DNA from: Bacteroidales bacterium
Lineage (GTDB): Bacteria; Bacteroidota; Bacteroidia; Bacteroidales; UBA4417
Assembly (NCBI GenBank): GCA_030654075.1
Contig: JAURYB010000091.1
Coordinates: forward strand, 18,141-82,140
DNA: 64,000 nt
Reading direction: 5' to 3'
Under the pieces are notes generated by a model, which worked only from the letters and a program-made list of their open reading frames with translations, did not search any database and had not been told where the DNA came from. The position numbers and the translations under genes are program-made. Positions 20,101 through 29,345 of the stretch are shown here, one piece after another (positions within the stretch are counted from its first letter, which is position 1; the number at the start of each line of letters is the position of its first letter).

Positions 20101-20435
20101 ATACCATTCTGCGCAACCTGCTTACAAATGCACTGAAGTTTACTCCAAGGAATGGTGAGGTTCGTGTCGGTATTTCGCAAAATAACGAGTATTGCGTTCT
20201 GAGCATTAAGGATAATGGCATTGGCATACCTGCCGACAGGATGAAGAATCTGTTTAGCATTGATACCGCTCACAAAACCAAGGGTACAGACCAGGAACCG
20301 GGAACAGGCCTGGGATTGATCTTGTGTAAAGAATTTATCGAGAAGCACGGTGGCTGGCTTGAGGTGGAAAGTGAAGTCGGTAAAGGAAGCGAGTTCAGGG
20401 TAATTATTCCGGGAAACCGGACGGAAGAAATATAA
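17178..20435 (+). CDS. periplasmic beta-propeller/Y_Y_Y sensor histidine kinase (no receiver or HTH domain)
   Basis: 1085 aa. Signal peptide, many two-component-regulator propeller repeats (LWIGT/WIAT/WFGT), one TM helix, H-box FFSIIAHDLRNP, and HATPase N and G boxes (LLTNALKFT, GTGLGL). Confidence 0.85.
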   Translation: MKIKTVLIILFFLRWLPGNAQQYFFSGYSISDGLSQSVVNCIFQDSQGYIWFGTQNGLNKYNGYSFEVFTYNPNDTNSIANNWIHGIAEDKEANLWIATKGGLVKYTRKEKRFSRIKYTSPYADLTTDCVYDVKCSRNGNILINMPPVISVCNPKTLQFNHFISPFTFDGSAKDNNIPLLEDKNGAIWIASTKGLAAFDPGTASFRVFKHNPADPASLSDDNITALYQDQEGELWIGTSAGLNHLRTGGKGFDHYFHEKRDEFSLSNNYIRSIVADKSGNLWIATEGGGLNRVSHNKDKHVICERFSSEKNGLNHNINLSLAIDNSDNLWIGTLSGINKTNLKKRNFNLYRKSDSPYSVDLAGNVVASIYEDENKVIWVGNWGQGLNLYNHETGRVEQYSSKLQGKYYIPNDYIHCIYEDDRHTTWLGTRDGLLVYDRKGKRFVRPGELFKENGFPDFPGLRINRMIQDRQGNYWIATHDGLFKMQRNGLLPEHFYAGAIPAFRISSNLVYAVLEDRNGAIWAGTINGLDVIDEKNNRITHYRKSEKNANSLSDNFITALYEDEQGDIWIGTNSYLNRFSKKDKTFHYYSSDQGFPSNLVYSIREDKNHTLWFATGNGLCRFDSATGKFRTYTVEDGLQSPEFNMGASFRSADGEMFFGGMNGFNSFYPDSLSNNPHIPVIAITAAYKFSKGAREYLNLEKGDPLTLNYDENTITIEFAALEFTNPAKNQYAYRLEGVDDDWNNIGTRNFVAFTNLPPGEYTMHVKGCNNDGRWNETGVSLSILIHPPWWKSNTAYIAYILLTVFLVFLYIKIRERNHTRERRILEEKVRVRTQLIEEQKSEILVKNSELNELNAAKDKFFSIIAHDLRNPFNAIIGLTDILLINLDDIDIQKLQKTLENIKGSSLQAHELLENLLLWARSQTGTISFRPEPVDLRVQAEESIELVSVQAARKNISIIADFKTSGLISGDVNMMNTILRNLLTNALKFTPRNGEVRVGISQNNEYCVLSIKDNGIGIPADRMKNLFSIDTAHKTKGTDQEPGTGLGLILCKEFIEKHGGWLEVESEVGKGSEFRVIIPGNRTEEI

Positions 20436-20647
20436 ACTATGGGTTTGTATAAAAGAGTACAACAATTCTGATATCAAGGTTCGTTATTTTCAGTTCACCC
20501 GGTATTTTTGCCTGCTGACAGATATAAGCATTCAATTTGCCGGAAAATCATAGCAGTTCATCGATTTGATTATGACTTACAAGCCTGTTTTCCATTATTT
20601 TGCGTAACTTAGAGTATTGAAAACCAACCCTTGAAAAGTTAAGTAGA

Positions 20648-21676
20648 ATGAAACGGAGAAACATCATACTGATCCACCTGCTCTTCTGGTTTTATATCAT
20701 AAACCAGAGCCTCTTCCCCCTTTACATAGGGAAACTTGACGAAAGCATGATGGCCAATAATAAATACCTGACCGACGTTTTCATTTCAAACCTCCTGAAT
20801 CTGATTACATTCTACCCGATTTATTTACTTTTCCCACGGTTACTTAAATTCAAAAGGAGGGTTGCAGCTGTGTTTACAGGGCTGATGGTGATCGCTTTGC
20901 TGACTGTATTCCGGTCATTTGGAGAATTTTATGTCTGGAAATATTTTATTCCACAATCCGGAAAGGAGATGACTTTAGAAGCGGTTTATATGTGGAATAA
21001 CTTACGGATGGTGATCATCATAGGAATTTATGCAATCCTGATACGATTTATGATCAATGGGTTTGAATCACAAAAACTGAGGGACGAACTTATTAACAAA
21101 CAACAGGCAAGCGAACTTGCCCTGATGCGGTCGCAGGTAAATCCTCATTTCCTTTTCAACACGCTCAACAACATATATTCGCTGGTATACCGGAAATCGG
21201 ACGAAGCTCCCGAAGCAGTCATGAAACTATCATCCATCATGCGATACATGCTCTATGATTCAGCTTCCCCCAAAGTTCCGCTCGAAAAAGAACTTGAATA
21301 CCTGAAAAGTTTTATCGAACTGCAAAATCTCAGGATAAAACATCCTGATTTTGTATCTTTAAAAATTGAAGGCAATACCGAAGACCTCACTATTGCCCCT
21401 ATGCTGCTGATTTCTTTTGTTGAAAACGCGTTTAAACACAGCAGCAAACTTCACCGGCCGGGAATTATTGTTCATTTATCTACATTAAGCGGGAATATCA
21501 ATTTTGAGGTCATCAATCACCGAAAGAAGGAAGATTCTGTTAATGATGAGCCTTCAGCCGGAATAGGCATGACAACCATCAGAAGAAGATTGGAACTGAT
21601 TTACCCCGGCAAACATAAGCTGGTAATAAAAAAGGATGAGGAAACATACAGAATACATCTTGAAATAAATACCTGA
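20648..21676 (+). CDS. LytS/YehU-type sensor histidine kinase
   Basis: 342 aa. Multi-TM N-terminus, QVNPHFLFNTLNNI H-box of the PF06580 type, and a C-terminal ATPase fold. Confidence 0.85.
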   Translation: MKRRNIILIHLLFWFYIINQSLFPLYIGKLDESMMANNKYLTDVFISNLLNLITFYPIYLLFPRLLKFKRRVAAVFTGLMVIALLTVFRSFGEFYVWKYFIPQSGKEMTLEAVYMWNNLRMVIIIGIYAILIRFMINGFESQKLRDELINKQQASELALMRSQVNPHFLFNTLNNIYSLVYRKSDEAPEAVMKLSSIMRYMLYDSASPKVPLEKELEYLKSFIELQNLRIKHPDFVSLKIEGNTEDLTIAPMLLISFVENAFKHSSKLHRPGIIVHLSTLSGNINFEVINHRKKEDSVNDEPSAGIGMTTIRRRLELIYPGKHKLVIKKDEETYRIHLEINT

Positions 21677-21677
21677 T

Positions 21678-22409
21678 ATGAAGATCAATTGTATCGCCGT
21701 TGATGATGAGCCGCTGGCTCTCGAAATAGTACAGGAATATTGTGCAAAGGTCCCTTTCCTGAACCTGTTACATGTTTTTGATAATGCCATCGAAACAATG
21801 GAATACCTCCGTAACAACCGCGTCGACCTTATTCTGCTTGATATACAGATGGAGGATCTTACCGGTATTCAGTTGCTCAACGCATTAAAGGTGAAACCGT
21901 TTGTGATAATGACAACGGCATACGACAATTATGCCCTGCAGGGATACGACCTGGATGTGACGGATTATCTGCTTAAGCCTTTTTCGTTTCAACGTTTTTT
22001 AAAGGCAGTAAATAAAGTATACGACCAGTTAGAGAATGAAACAATTGTTACAGAGGGAAAGCAATTGGTAACATATGCGGCCGATACTCCCGGAGCAGAT
22101 TACTTTTTCGTAAAAACAGAAACTCACATCGAAAAAGTTACAACTTCAGAGGTTTTATATATTGAAGGCATGGGCGACTATTGGCGTATCGTCACCAAAA
22201 ACAAGCGCATTATGACATTGATGAACGCCCGTGGCATGGAGGATGTTTTACCTGGAAATCAATTCTGCCGGGTACACCGCTCCTATTTTGTAGCAATAAA
22301 TAAAATTGAGTCTATTGAGCGGAAACATATTAAAATTGCTGATCAGCGCATTCCGATTGGCGATACATACCAGAAGAATTTCTTTGATATTATCGAAAAG
22401 AAAAAGTAA
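21678..22409 (+). CDS. LytTR-family DNA-binding response regulator
   Basis: 243 aa. Receiver (AVDDEPLA...DLILLDIQMEDLTG) plus LytTR domain (FCRVHRSYFVAINKIESIE). Starts 2 nt after the kinase gene. Confidence 0.9.
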   Translation: MKINCIAVDDEPLALEIVQEYCAKVPFLNLLHVFDNAIETMEYLRNNRVDLILLDIQMEDLTGIQLLNALKVKPFVIMTTAYDNYALQGYDLDVTDYLLKPFSFQRFLKAVNKVYDQLENETIVTEGKQLVTYAADTPGADYFFVKTETHIEKVTTSEVLYIEGMGDYWRIVTKNKRIMTLMNARGMEDVLPGNQFCRVHRSYFVAINKIESIERKHIKIADQRIPIGDTYQKNFFDIIEKKK

Positions 22410-22471
22410 TCACTCTAAACTTTTCATTTTCAAATCCTTCTAGCTTTTGTCTTTAATTTACTTTCCAACGA

Positions 22472-22508
22472 GTCTGGCCTGTGTTTGATCTGTGGCCAGG
22501 CTTTTTAT
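22472..22508 (+). terminator. rho-independent terminator after the LytTR regulator gene
   Basis: CTGGCC ... GGCCAG stem followed by GCTTTTTATTTT. Confidence 0.6.
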
Positions 22509-22708
22509 TTTCGAAATTTCATTAATTTATCAGCTCCCTTTTCATTCGCTCATCGGTGAACAGTCCATTTCATCCTGTCAAAAGCCCGATCCGTACGACT
22601 AACAGCTTACAGATTCTTTTGGCCGGCTGATCGAATACATTTGCTTCTCTATCAGGATGTTATGTACCTTTATGTCATTAATTAACAACACCAATACTAA
22701 CTAAAAAT

Positions 22709-22715
22709 AAGGAGG
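22709..22715 (+). promoter_or_regulatory. strong Shine-Dalgarno AAGGAGG
   Basis: 8-nt spacing to the ATG at 22724. This is exceptional in a window where starts otherwise lack an SD. Confidence 0.5.
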
Positions 22716-22723
22716 ACCAAGCA

Positions 22724-23197
22724 ATGAAAAAACTATCTGTAATACTTATACTGATTATGTCTGTTCTTTTTGTGAAAGCCGGTGGCGAATCAGTCAGCTA
22801 TGTAACCTTCGATGGGAAAACCTATTTCTGTGAAAAGGCAAAACCGGGATTATTCAGCATGAACCTGACTTTGGATGATGGAACCATCATGAAAGTCCCT
22901 TTAAATAAAGTGGATGCTTATTCCTGCAACGGACACCTGTGCGAAAGGCTTCCGGTAATGTGTAAAGGTGCCCCGGCTAACTGTACCGCTTTGATGGAAT
23001 ACATTACAACGCGCAATGGTTTTAGACTTTATAAGCACTGTGAATATTCAGAATGTGGCGATCTCTGGAATAACACCTACAAAAAGGCACACCTTCAGAC
23101 TGATTACTATGTTTTTAAAGATGGAGAGTTTTACTTGCAGGCTAATAAAGATAACATTACGTCTATATTGTCTTTCTTCCATGTTCCTGTGATCTGA
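22724..23197 (+). CDS. hypothetical secreted cysteine-rich protein
   Basis: 157 aa. Signal peptide and 8 Cys in the mature part. No recognisable family. Confidence 0.55.
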   Translation: MKKLSVILILIMSVLFVKAGGESVSYVTFDGKTYFCEKAKPGLFSMNLTLDDGTIMKVPLNKVDAYSCNGHLCERLPVMCKGAPANCTALMEYITTRNGFRLYKHCEYSECGDLWNNTYKKAHLQTDYYVFKDGEFYLQANKDNITSILSFFHVPVI

Positions 23198-23254
23198 CAA
23201 CCATTTGTTTCATTGCCGCTTACCGATAAATGAACTCAACCGGATGCTTTTATG

Positions 23255-23291
23255 ATCAGGAGGTCAATTTTGACCTCCTGATTGTTTTTTT
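23255..23291 (+). terminator. rho-independent terminator (12-bp perfect stem)
   Basis: ATCAGGAGGTCA-ATTT-TGACCTCCTGAT followed by TGTTTTTTT. Lies between convergent genes. Confidence 0.8.
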
Positions 23292-23322
23292 AGCTTCCCG
23301 GTTCAGCCGGATCTCTAATTTC

Positions 23323-24384
23323 CTATTTTGCTCTCAGGTATTGCAATGGCCAATCACAGTTGTCTCCTGGTAATGTAGCTGCGTTTAAAGCAAAATAAGG
23401 GTCCCTGAGCGATTGCCTGGCAATAAGAATAAGGTCAGCCTGTCCTTTCTGTAAAATATCATCGGCCTGTTGTGCTTCTGTAATCATGCCGACTGCTCCG
23501 GTCATTATGCCAGTTTCTTTTTTGATGCGTTCAGCAAACGGAACCTGGTAGCCCGGACCAAGCGGAATTTTCTGATGCGGCACCAACCCACCCGACGAAC
23601 AGTCGATCAGATCAACTCCGTTTTGTTTTAAAATGGAAGAGAGTTTTACCGCTTCATCTATGTTCCAGCCACCTTCGGCCCAATCGGTAGCGGAAATCCG
23701 CACAAACAAAGGAAGGTTTTGCGGCCATTCTGTTTGAACTGCTTTCACAATTTCCAGCAGCAAACGTATCCTGTTTTCGAAACTGCCCCCATAATTATCC
23801 GTCCGATGGTTGCTAAGCGGCGAAAGGAACTGATGAATTAAATAACCATGGGCTGCATGAATTTCTACCAATTTATAACCAGCCTGAAGAGATCTTTGTG
23901 CTGCAAATTTAAAATCAGTGATAACTTTATTAATTCCTTCTGTATCCAGTTCTTGCGGAGCAACATCATCCGGATTAAAAGCTAAGGCAGATGCAGAAAC
24001 GGTCTTCCAGCCACCTTCATTTTCCATCAGCTGTTTTCCTCCGTCCCAGGGTTTTGCACAGCCTGCTTTCCGACCGGCATGAGCGAGTTGAATTCCGGCT
24101 ACTTCTCCATGCTGATGAATAAACGAAGTAATTTGTCGTAGTTTTTCAATATGTTCTTCTTTGTAAAGGCCCAAATCACCTGGCGAAATACGGCCTTCCG
24201 GCGAAACGCCCGTTGCCTCCTGTATAATTAACGCTGCGCCGCCAACAGCACGGCTTCCGTAATGCACCAGGTGCCAGTCGTTGGCAAATCCATCTTCAGC
24301 TGTGTACTGGCACATGGGCGAAATGGCAATCCGGTTTCTGAATGTGATATCTTTGATAGTGAGCGGTGATAAGAGCTTAGACAT
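23323..24384 (-). CDS. namA: NADPH dehydrogenase, YqjM/NamA-type Old Yellow Enzyme
   Basis: 353 aa. ISPMCQY, HYGSRAVGG, HAAHGYLIHQFLSPLSNHRTDNYGGS. Confidence 0.8.
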   Translation of the reverse strand: MSKLLSPLTIKDITFRNRIAISPMCQYTAEDGFANDWHLVHYGSRAVGGAALIIQEATGVSPEGRISPGDLGLYKEEHIEKLRQITSFIHQHGEVAGIQLAHAGRKAGCAKPWDGGKQLMENEGGWKTVSASALAFNPDDVAPQELDTEGINKVITDFKFAAQRSLQAGYKLVEIHAAHGYLIHQFLSPLSNHRTDNYGGSFENRIRLLLEIVKAVQTEWPQNLPLFVRISATDWAEGGWNIDEAVKLSSILKQNGVDLIDCSSGGLVPHQKIPLGPGYQVPFAERIKKETGIMTGAVGMITEAQQADDILQKGQADLILIARQSLRDPYFALNAATLPGDNCDWPLQYLRAK

Positions 24385-24451
24385 AATTTGTATTCTAATT
24401 TCTGGTTTTATGATTATTGGTATCTAATCGGTCTGATTAACAGGCATTTTA

Positions 24452-24561
24452 GCCACAGATTTCACGAATTACACAGATTTAAAGTGCTTTCGGCAGTTAT
24501 CTGAAATAAAATTAATCCTGCCAAATTAATATTTGTCTGTGTAATCTGCGTAATCTGTGGC
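24452..24561. repeat. CACAGATT-type inverted-repeat element, copy 2
   Basis: GCCACAGATTTCACGAATTACACAGA pairs with TCTGTGTAATCTGCGTAATCTGTGGC (22 of 26 positions). Termini and central mini-hairpin are collinear with copy 1. Confidence 0.8.
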
Positions 24562-24629
24562 ACATATCATTTTGTCAATACTTTAAATGTACTGATTAGA
24601 TACAATTATTGAAGAATTAGTGATTTCCT

Positions 24630-25637
24630 TTATTTCGATGGATTCAGAAAGCCATTCACAGTTGAAATGAAAAGGTTGGGTTGATCCACAAAAGTCATAT
24701 GCCCGCTTTTAGGGAAGATTACAAGTTCAGATCCTTTTATTTTATCGTGCATTTCTTCCGAAAGTGAAGGGGCACATTCGTCGTTATCACCGACGGTAAT
24801 AAGTGTGGGCACAGTAATTGTTGAAAGCCGATCCGTATACTCAACAGATTTAAGGTTGCCGTCAATAACATACTCCCCGTTTGATCCCCACATGGCACGG
24901 TATAAATCCCAGGCCATATTTCCGTTGGCAACAGGATCGTAATTGGCATCCGGATGGTTCTGGTAAAGATAAGGGAAGTAGCCTTCGCCCCAGGCAGCTG
25001 TCATGTATTCAGCTGTGTAGCGGCCTTGTTCATATGCTTTTCCATGACCGTATAATCCTTCCTTCTCCATTTTTTCGATTCGGGCCAGCAGTTCAGGAGC
25101 CATTTTTTCTTTTATCTTTTTGAAAACCTCGTTCATTTTTGAAGTGCTGTGGAAAGTACTGCAAAGAATCAGATGGGTAAGGTTTTCAGGGTATTTCAAT
25201 GCATACGCCTGGGCAAGAACTCCGCCGTAAGAATGGCCAAGCAGGCTGATTTTTCCCAGATCCAGGGCTTTACGGACATCTTCCACATCTTCTGCCATAT
25301 TTTCGACGGTATAAGCAGAGGTGTCTTCCAGTTTCTGCGATCGGCCTGAGCCGCGTTCGTCGATAAAAATAAGCCGGTTTGTGCGGGCTAAAGGCAAAAG
25401 GTAAGGCAGGAAATAATCGTGTGAAGCACCAGGACCTCCATGGACGATTAGCAATGGATCACCTTGTCCAAAAGCCTTGTAGTAAATTAACACTCCGTTT
25501 GCATCCACGAAGCCTTCTTCCATTTTATATATGGATTGGGTTGTGTTTTCAGAAGTATTCTTTTCGGTTGCAGTTGGTTTGCAGGCAACAGCAAGTATTG
25601 CCAATGCACTGAGCAATATAAAGGTTATACGTTTCAT
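24630..25637 (-). CDS. alpha/beta hydrolase lipoprotein, proline iminopeptidase family
   Basis: 335 aa. Lipoprotein signal (LAVAC), HGGPG oxyanion motif, GHSYGG nucleophile elbow. Confidence 0.75.
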   Translation of the reverse strand: MKRITFILLSALAILAVACKPTATEKNTSENTTQSIYKMEEGFVDANGVLIYYKAFGQGDPLLIVHGGPGASHDYFLPYLLPLARTNRLIFIDERGSGRSQKLEDTSAYTVENMAEDVEDVRKALDLGKISLLGHSYGGVLAQAYALKYPENLTHLILCSTFHSTSKMNEVFKKIKEKMAPELLARIEKMEKEGLYGHGKAYEQGRYTAEYMTAAWGEGYFPYLYQNHPDANYDPVANGNMAWDLYRAMWGSNGEYVIDGNLKSVEYTDRLSTITVPTLITVGDNDECAPSLSEEMHDKIKGSELVIFPKSGHMTFVDQPNLFISTVNGFLNPSK

Positions 25638-25735
25638 GAGTTGAATTTATTAATTGGTTTGATCTGAAAATATGCATTTTTAAATTGATAATTCTCTTTT
25701 TAAATCAGAGTTTAATCCCACGACCCAAATTGATT

Positions 25736-28396
25736 TTAGTCCTTTCTGATTACCCTTATATAATCCAGCAGCGCATCGTTGATTTCACCGTCCATGTTAA
25801 TATTCCACTCTTCGAACTTAATGGTAAGCTTGTTATTGCCTTTTTCAAGCGGAACTTCAATGATATTGGAGAAACCCCAGTCGCTCCATTCGTTGGTGCC
25901 ACGCTGCGGAAATACCCAGACTCCTGAATATTTATCATCAATGTAAACACTCCGGATCCCACAATTATTGTCGGTATTCCAGGGCCCTGTTCCATTGGAA
26001 TAGCGGCAATCAACGAGGAATGTTCCGCCAACAGAAGAAACAATATTTATACTGATTTCACGGTTTTTGGTGCTGCTGATCTCTGCAAATCCATCGCCCG
26101 AGAAATTGGAATAAGGAAGTTTGGATCTTTCAACAAAAGTTTCAATTTCAATTATTTTTCTGTCGAAATCTTTACATATCAAAAGGGGTTCGCTGCTGAA
26201 CGATTCTATCTTTCCCTTATCGAGCGCAGTTACTTTGTACTCGGCAAATTCGTTTGTATCAACTTCGAATTGGTTTGCTGAAATGCTTTTCACCAGATCG
26301 CCATTCTTATAAATATTGTAAGCCGATGCCCCGGGAATAGCGTCCCAAACAAGTTGGTTCCCGTTAAGTTTAACCTGAGGATTGGTTAGAGAATACTTAT
26401 TTTCGACGAGGCTAATTTTTGTGTCGCCGAAACTGTTGTTCTTCATTTCAATTTCGATGGTGTGAGTGCCGGTTAAGCTGGCCAGGAAGAATGCTTTTTC
26501 GCTGATTTCACCATCAAGTTTGAACGAAGCAAGTTTGTTGCCATGACCCTTAACGGTGATATTAAGTTTTGCCTGACGATAGCTGAAGTTGGAAAGCGTC
26601 CGGGTTCCTCCGTAAACCTCCGGTATCACTGGTTTAAAAGTGATTCCATCAGCTTCAAAATTTATACCCATAAACACGCGGTGAACCATGGCCATATTTC
26701 CGGCCATACTCCACAGCATGCGGTCGGAATTGATTTCGGTGCCCATATAATCACCGTTTTGAGCGACGAAATTCTCGTAATTGGTCAGAAACAGAGCTGC
26801 CGGTCGGTAAATGGCTGCCAGCCCGTGCAGTAGCGCGGCTTCGTTTCCGGTTTTTGCGGCAGCCAGGTTCCAGAACGACTGTACAAACGGCCAGATGGCA
26901 TTGTTGTGATAAGGAGGAATGCCTGGTATTTGTGGGTAAATGCAGGTTGTTCCGAAATCTGTTACGGGTGATTTTCCGATTACTGATTTTGCTTTTTCAG
27001 GATCAGCAACATCAAACAGCACAGCCAAAGCTTCGCCTAATGCTTCGAAGCGGGGCGAAAGGTTCATCGAACTACGTCCGTATAAATATTGGCCATAGTA
27101 ACCTTTATCAGCCATCCAGAGGTATTTGTTCATACCGTCTTTGATTTCCTTCGCGCGGTCCAGGTATTTATCAGCCGGTTCACCCAGTATTTTTGCCATT
27201 TCGGACAGGATAATATTGGCGCGGTAGTGTACGGCATTGGTTCCCAGGTTTTCCGACATGTAAATATCCATGTTCGACATCCACTTCGGGTAGGTTTGTT
27301 CGCGCCAGTCGAGAAACGAAGATTCCCCTTTGTTCATCCCGGTTTTTGATGAGCGGATGGTTTTTTCATCATCGGTAAGCGAATTTTTAATCACTTCGTA
27401 AGCGGTTTTCAGCCAGGCTTCGTCGCCGGTAACTTTGTAGATTTCCCATGCTGCCAAAGCCCATGTTGTTCTGTCGGACGAAACGGGCCATGCTCCACCG
27501 GAACCCGTATCCTGGATAATTCTTTTACGCTTTACCTTTTTCATCAGGCTGTTTTGTGCCACAGCAGGCTCGATGTAAGCAAAAGCCAGAAGTGTACTGA
27601 AGCTTACATCGCGTGTCCAAACACCACCCCACTTGGCTCCGGTACGCAAAGTGCTGTCGGGTTCAATGGCAAGTCGGGCTTCTTCCAGCGAAAGGTTGAA
27701 AAGCGCATCCACCAGCGGCTGATCCGATTTATAGGAAGGTTTCGTGGAAATATCCTGCGAGAGTTCCCAGGTTTTTACCTGGTTCGCTTTTTCATCAAAC
27801 GGATTGAAAGTTACAGTAATCTCGTAAATGCCATCGCCATCGGGATCTTTAAGGGCAAAACTTTTTTCTTCCAGGTTCACAAAATCCCAGGTTAGCGGCG
27901 GCGTTCCCCCGGCAATGTACACAGCCTTAAAATCAGATTTGGCAATACGTGTTCCGTCGAATGCTTCGTAATAGCCTTTTTCGGCAAACTGTTTCAGTAC
28001 CGGGTTCATATCGAGGCGGAAAGTGTATTCGTAATTCACCGGAAGTTTGGAGCCGGGATCGGCTGGAAAGGATTTGTTCTTTTCCCCGAAGACGATAGTG
28101 GGTGACTGCTGTTCATTTTCCCCAATAACAATTCCGTGATTAAAACCCGATTGCAACTCGTTGTCTTTCTCGTTAATACTGAACTTAAAGGTGATCAGGC
28201 GCGAGAAATTTTCGTACGCCAGGCTCCGGTAATTTGAAACAATTTTCACCGGCGATTCCACCTGTGCACTAAAAGCGCCCTGAACCACTTTATCGGTATA
28301 AACCGTAAACTTTGGCGATTTGTATAAAACTGCTGAATGCTTTGAACAGCTCATGACTACCATAATCAGAATAATAATTGAAAAGTACTTTTTCAT
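25736..28396 (-). CDS. glycoside hydrolase-like (alpha/alpha)6-barrel lipoprotein with C-terminal CBM6-like module
   Basis: Start moved to MKKYFSIIILIMVVMSCS (lipobox) at 28396. Central GGVWTRD...GGAWPVSSDRTTWALAAWEIY segments resemble GDE_C/GH63-type six-hairpin enzymes. The C-terminal beta-sandwich tail is CBM6/35-like. Confidence 0.6.
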   Translation of the reverse strand: MKKYFSIIILIMVVMSCSKHSAVLYKSPKFTVYTDKVVQGAFSAQVESPVKIVSNYRSLAYENFSRLITFKFSINEKDNELQSGFNHGIVIGENEQQSPTIVFGEKNKSFPADPGSKLPVNYEYTFRLDMNPVLKQFAEKGYYEAFDGTRIAKSDFKAVYIAGGTPPLTWDFVNLEEKSFALKDPDGDGIYEITVTFNPFDEKANQVKTWELSQDISTKPSYKSDQPLVDALFNLSLEEARLAIEPDSTLRTGAKWGGVWTRDVSFSTLLAFAYIEPAVAQNSLMKKVKRKRIIQDTGSGGAWPVSSDRTTWALAAWEIYKVTGDEAWLKTAYEVIKNSLTDDEKTIRSSKTGMNKGESSFLDWREQTYPKWMSNMDIYMSENLGTNAVHYRANIILSEMAKILGEPADKYLDRAKEIKDGMNKYLWMADKGYYGQYLYGRSSMNLSPRFEALGEALAVLFDVADPEKAKSVIGKSPVTDFGTTCIYPQIPGIPPYHNNAIWPFVQSFWNLAAAKTGNEAALLHGLAAIYRPAALFLTNYENFVAQNGDYMGTEINSDRMLWSMAGNMAMVHRVFMGINFEADGITFKPVIPEVYGGTRTLSNFSYRQAKLNITVKGHGNKLASFKLDGEISEKAFFLASLTGTHTIEIEMKNNSFGDTKISLVENKYSLTNPQVKLNGNQLVWDAIPGASAYNIYKNGDLVKSISANQFEVDTNEFAEYKVTALDKGKIESFSSEPLLICKDFDRKIIEIETFVERSKLPYSNFSGDGFAEISSTKNREISINIVSSVGGTFLVDCRYSNGTGPWNTDNNCGIRSVYIDDKYSGVWVFPQRGTNEWSDWGFSNIIEVPLEKGNNKLTIKFEEWNINMDGEINDALLDYIRVIRKD

Positions 28397-28643
28397 TTGG
28401 TTTATTTTTTCCCGAACGGATGGTTTCTTATTCATTTTGTGAGGTGAAAGGTATGCCAAGTAGTTAATAAGCCTTATACCTTGTCAAAGTTCTAATGATT
28501 CTTCTTCCTGGAAATACCGGCTTTACCCAATTCGGTTATATCTTTAACCGATTAATGCAAAGGTAAGTAGTTGATTTAGAAAAATTAAAACTCCAGGTGA
28601 AGGAATATTTGTAAAAGAGCAGAAATTATAGAGAAGGCCATTG

Positions 28644-29345
28644 TTATTTATCCATTTTAGTCCGTATCTCTTCTAGTATCTCAATCTGCATCTCCTGAAT
28701 CCGCATCATTTTCGACCATTGATCGAGCAGCAAATGATCCACTTTTTCGTGTAAAGTACGGATTTCAATTTCCGACTTCAGGTTAATTTTGTAATCATTC
28801 TCCGATCGGATACGATCTTTCTTCTCCTGCCGGTTCTGGCTCATCATGATGATCGGAGCCTGCATGGCAGCAACGCACGAAAGTATCAGGTTTAGCAAAA
28901 TAAAGGGAAAAGGATCGAATGGTTTAAACAACAGTACGAGGCTGTTAATAATTATCCAGATGACGAGGAGTACGGAAAAGGAAATGATAAATTTCCAGCT
29001 GCCGCCAAATGAGGCTACTTTATCAGAAATTCTGTCACCAAACTTGGATGGTTCATCAGAAATATTTGTATCAACTGTAATAAGTTCATTTTGATTAATA
29101 CTATCAACAACCTCGTTTTTCAGTATTTCGACACTTCCTTTTTCATCTTCAATCAGACCGGAAATGTATTTTACCCTGTAAATATTAAAATCATCCTGGC
29201 AAATCAGGTCGTTATCGTTCCAGGTTGGGTGATCTTTAACAATCAGACGTTCTATTTCGTGGCGTATACCATGGCCGGTTATTAACAAGCTTTCAGGGAA
29301 TGTTTTTCCACAGATTTCGCATTTTGTTCCATTCGGTTTTCTCAT
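28644..29345 (-). CDS. DUF1003-like membrane protein with N-terminal zinc-ribbon-like CxxC
   Basis: 233 aa. CEICGK at the N-terminus, DRISDKVASFGGSWKFII and two TM helices, then a coiled C-terminus. Confidence 0.65.
   Translation of the reverse strand: MRKPNGTKCEICGKTFPESLLITGHGIRHEIERLIVKDHPTWNDNDLICQDDFNIYRVKYISGLIEDEKGSVEILKNEVVDSINQNELITVDTNISDEPSKFGDRISDKVASFGGSWKFIISFSVLLVIWIIINSLVLLFKPFDPFPFILLNLILSCVAAMQAPIIMMSQNRQEKKDRIRSENDYKINLKSEIEIRTLHEKVDHLLLDQWSKMMRIQEMQIEILEEIRTKMDK

Noticed and set aside
19859-20477. 133-aa and 183-aa minus-strand ORFs at the 3' end of the propeller sensor kinase
   Set aside because: They overlap the HisKA/HATPase coding region, which has clear H, N and G boxes on the plus strand. 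There is no independent support.
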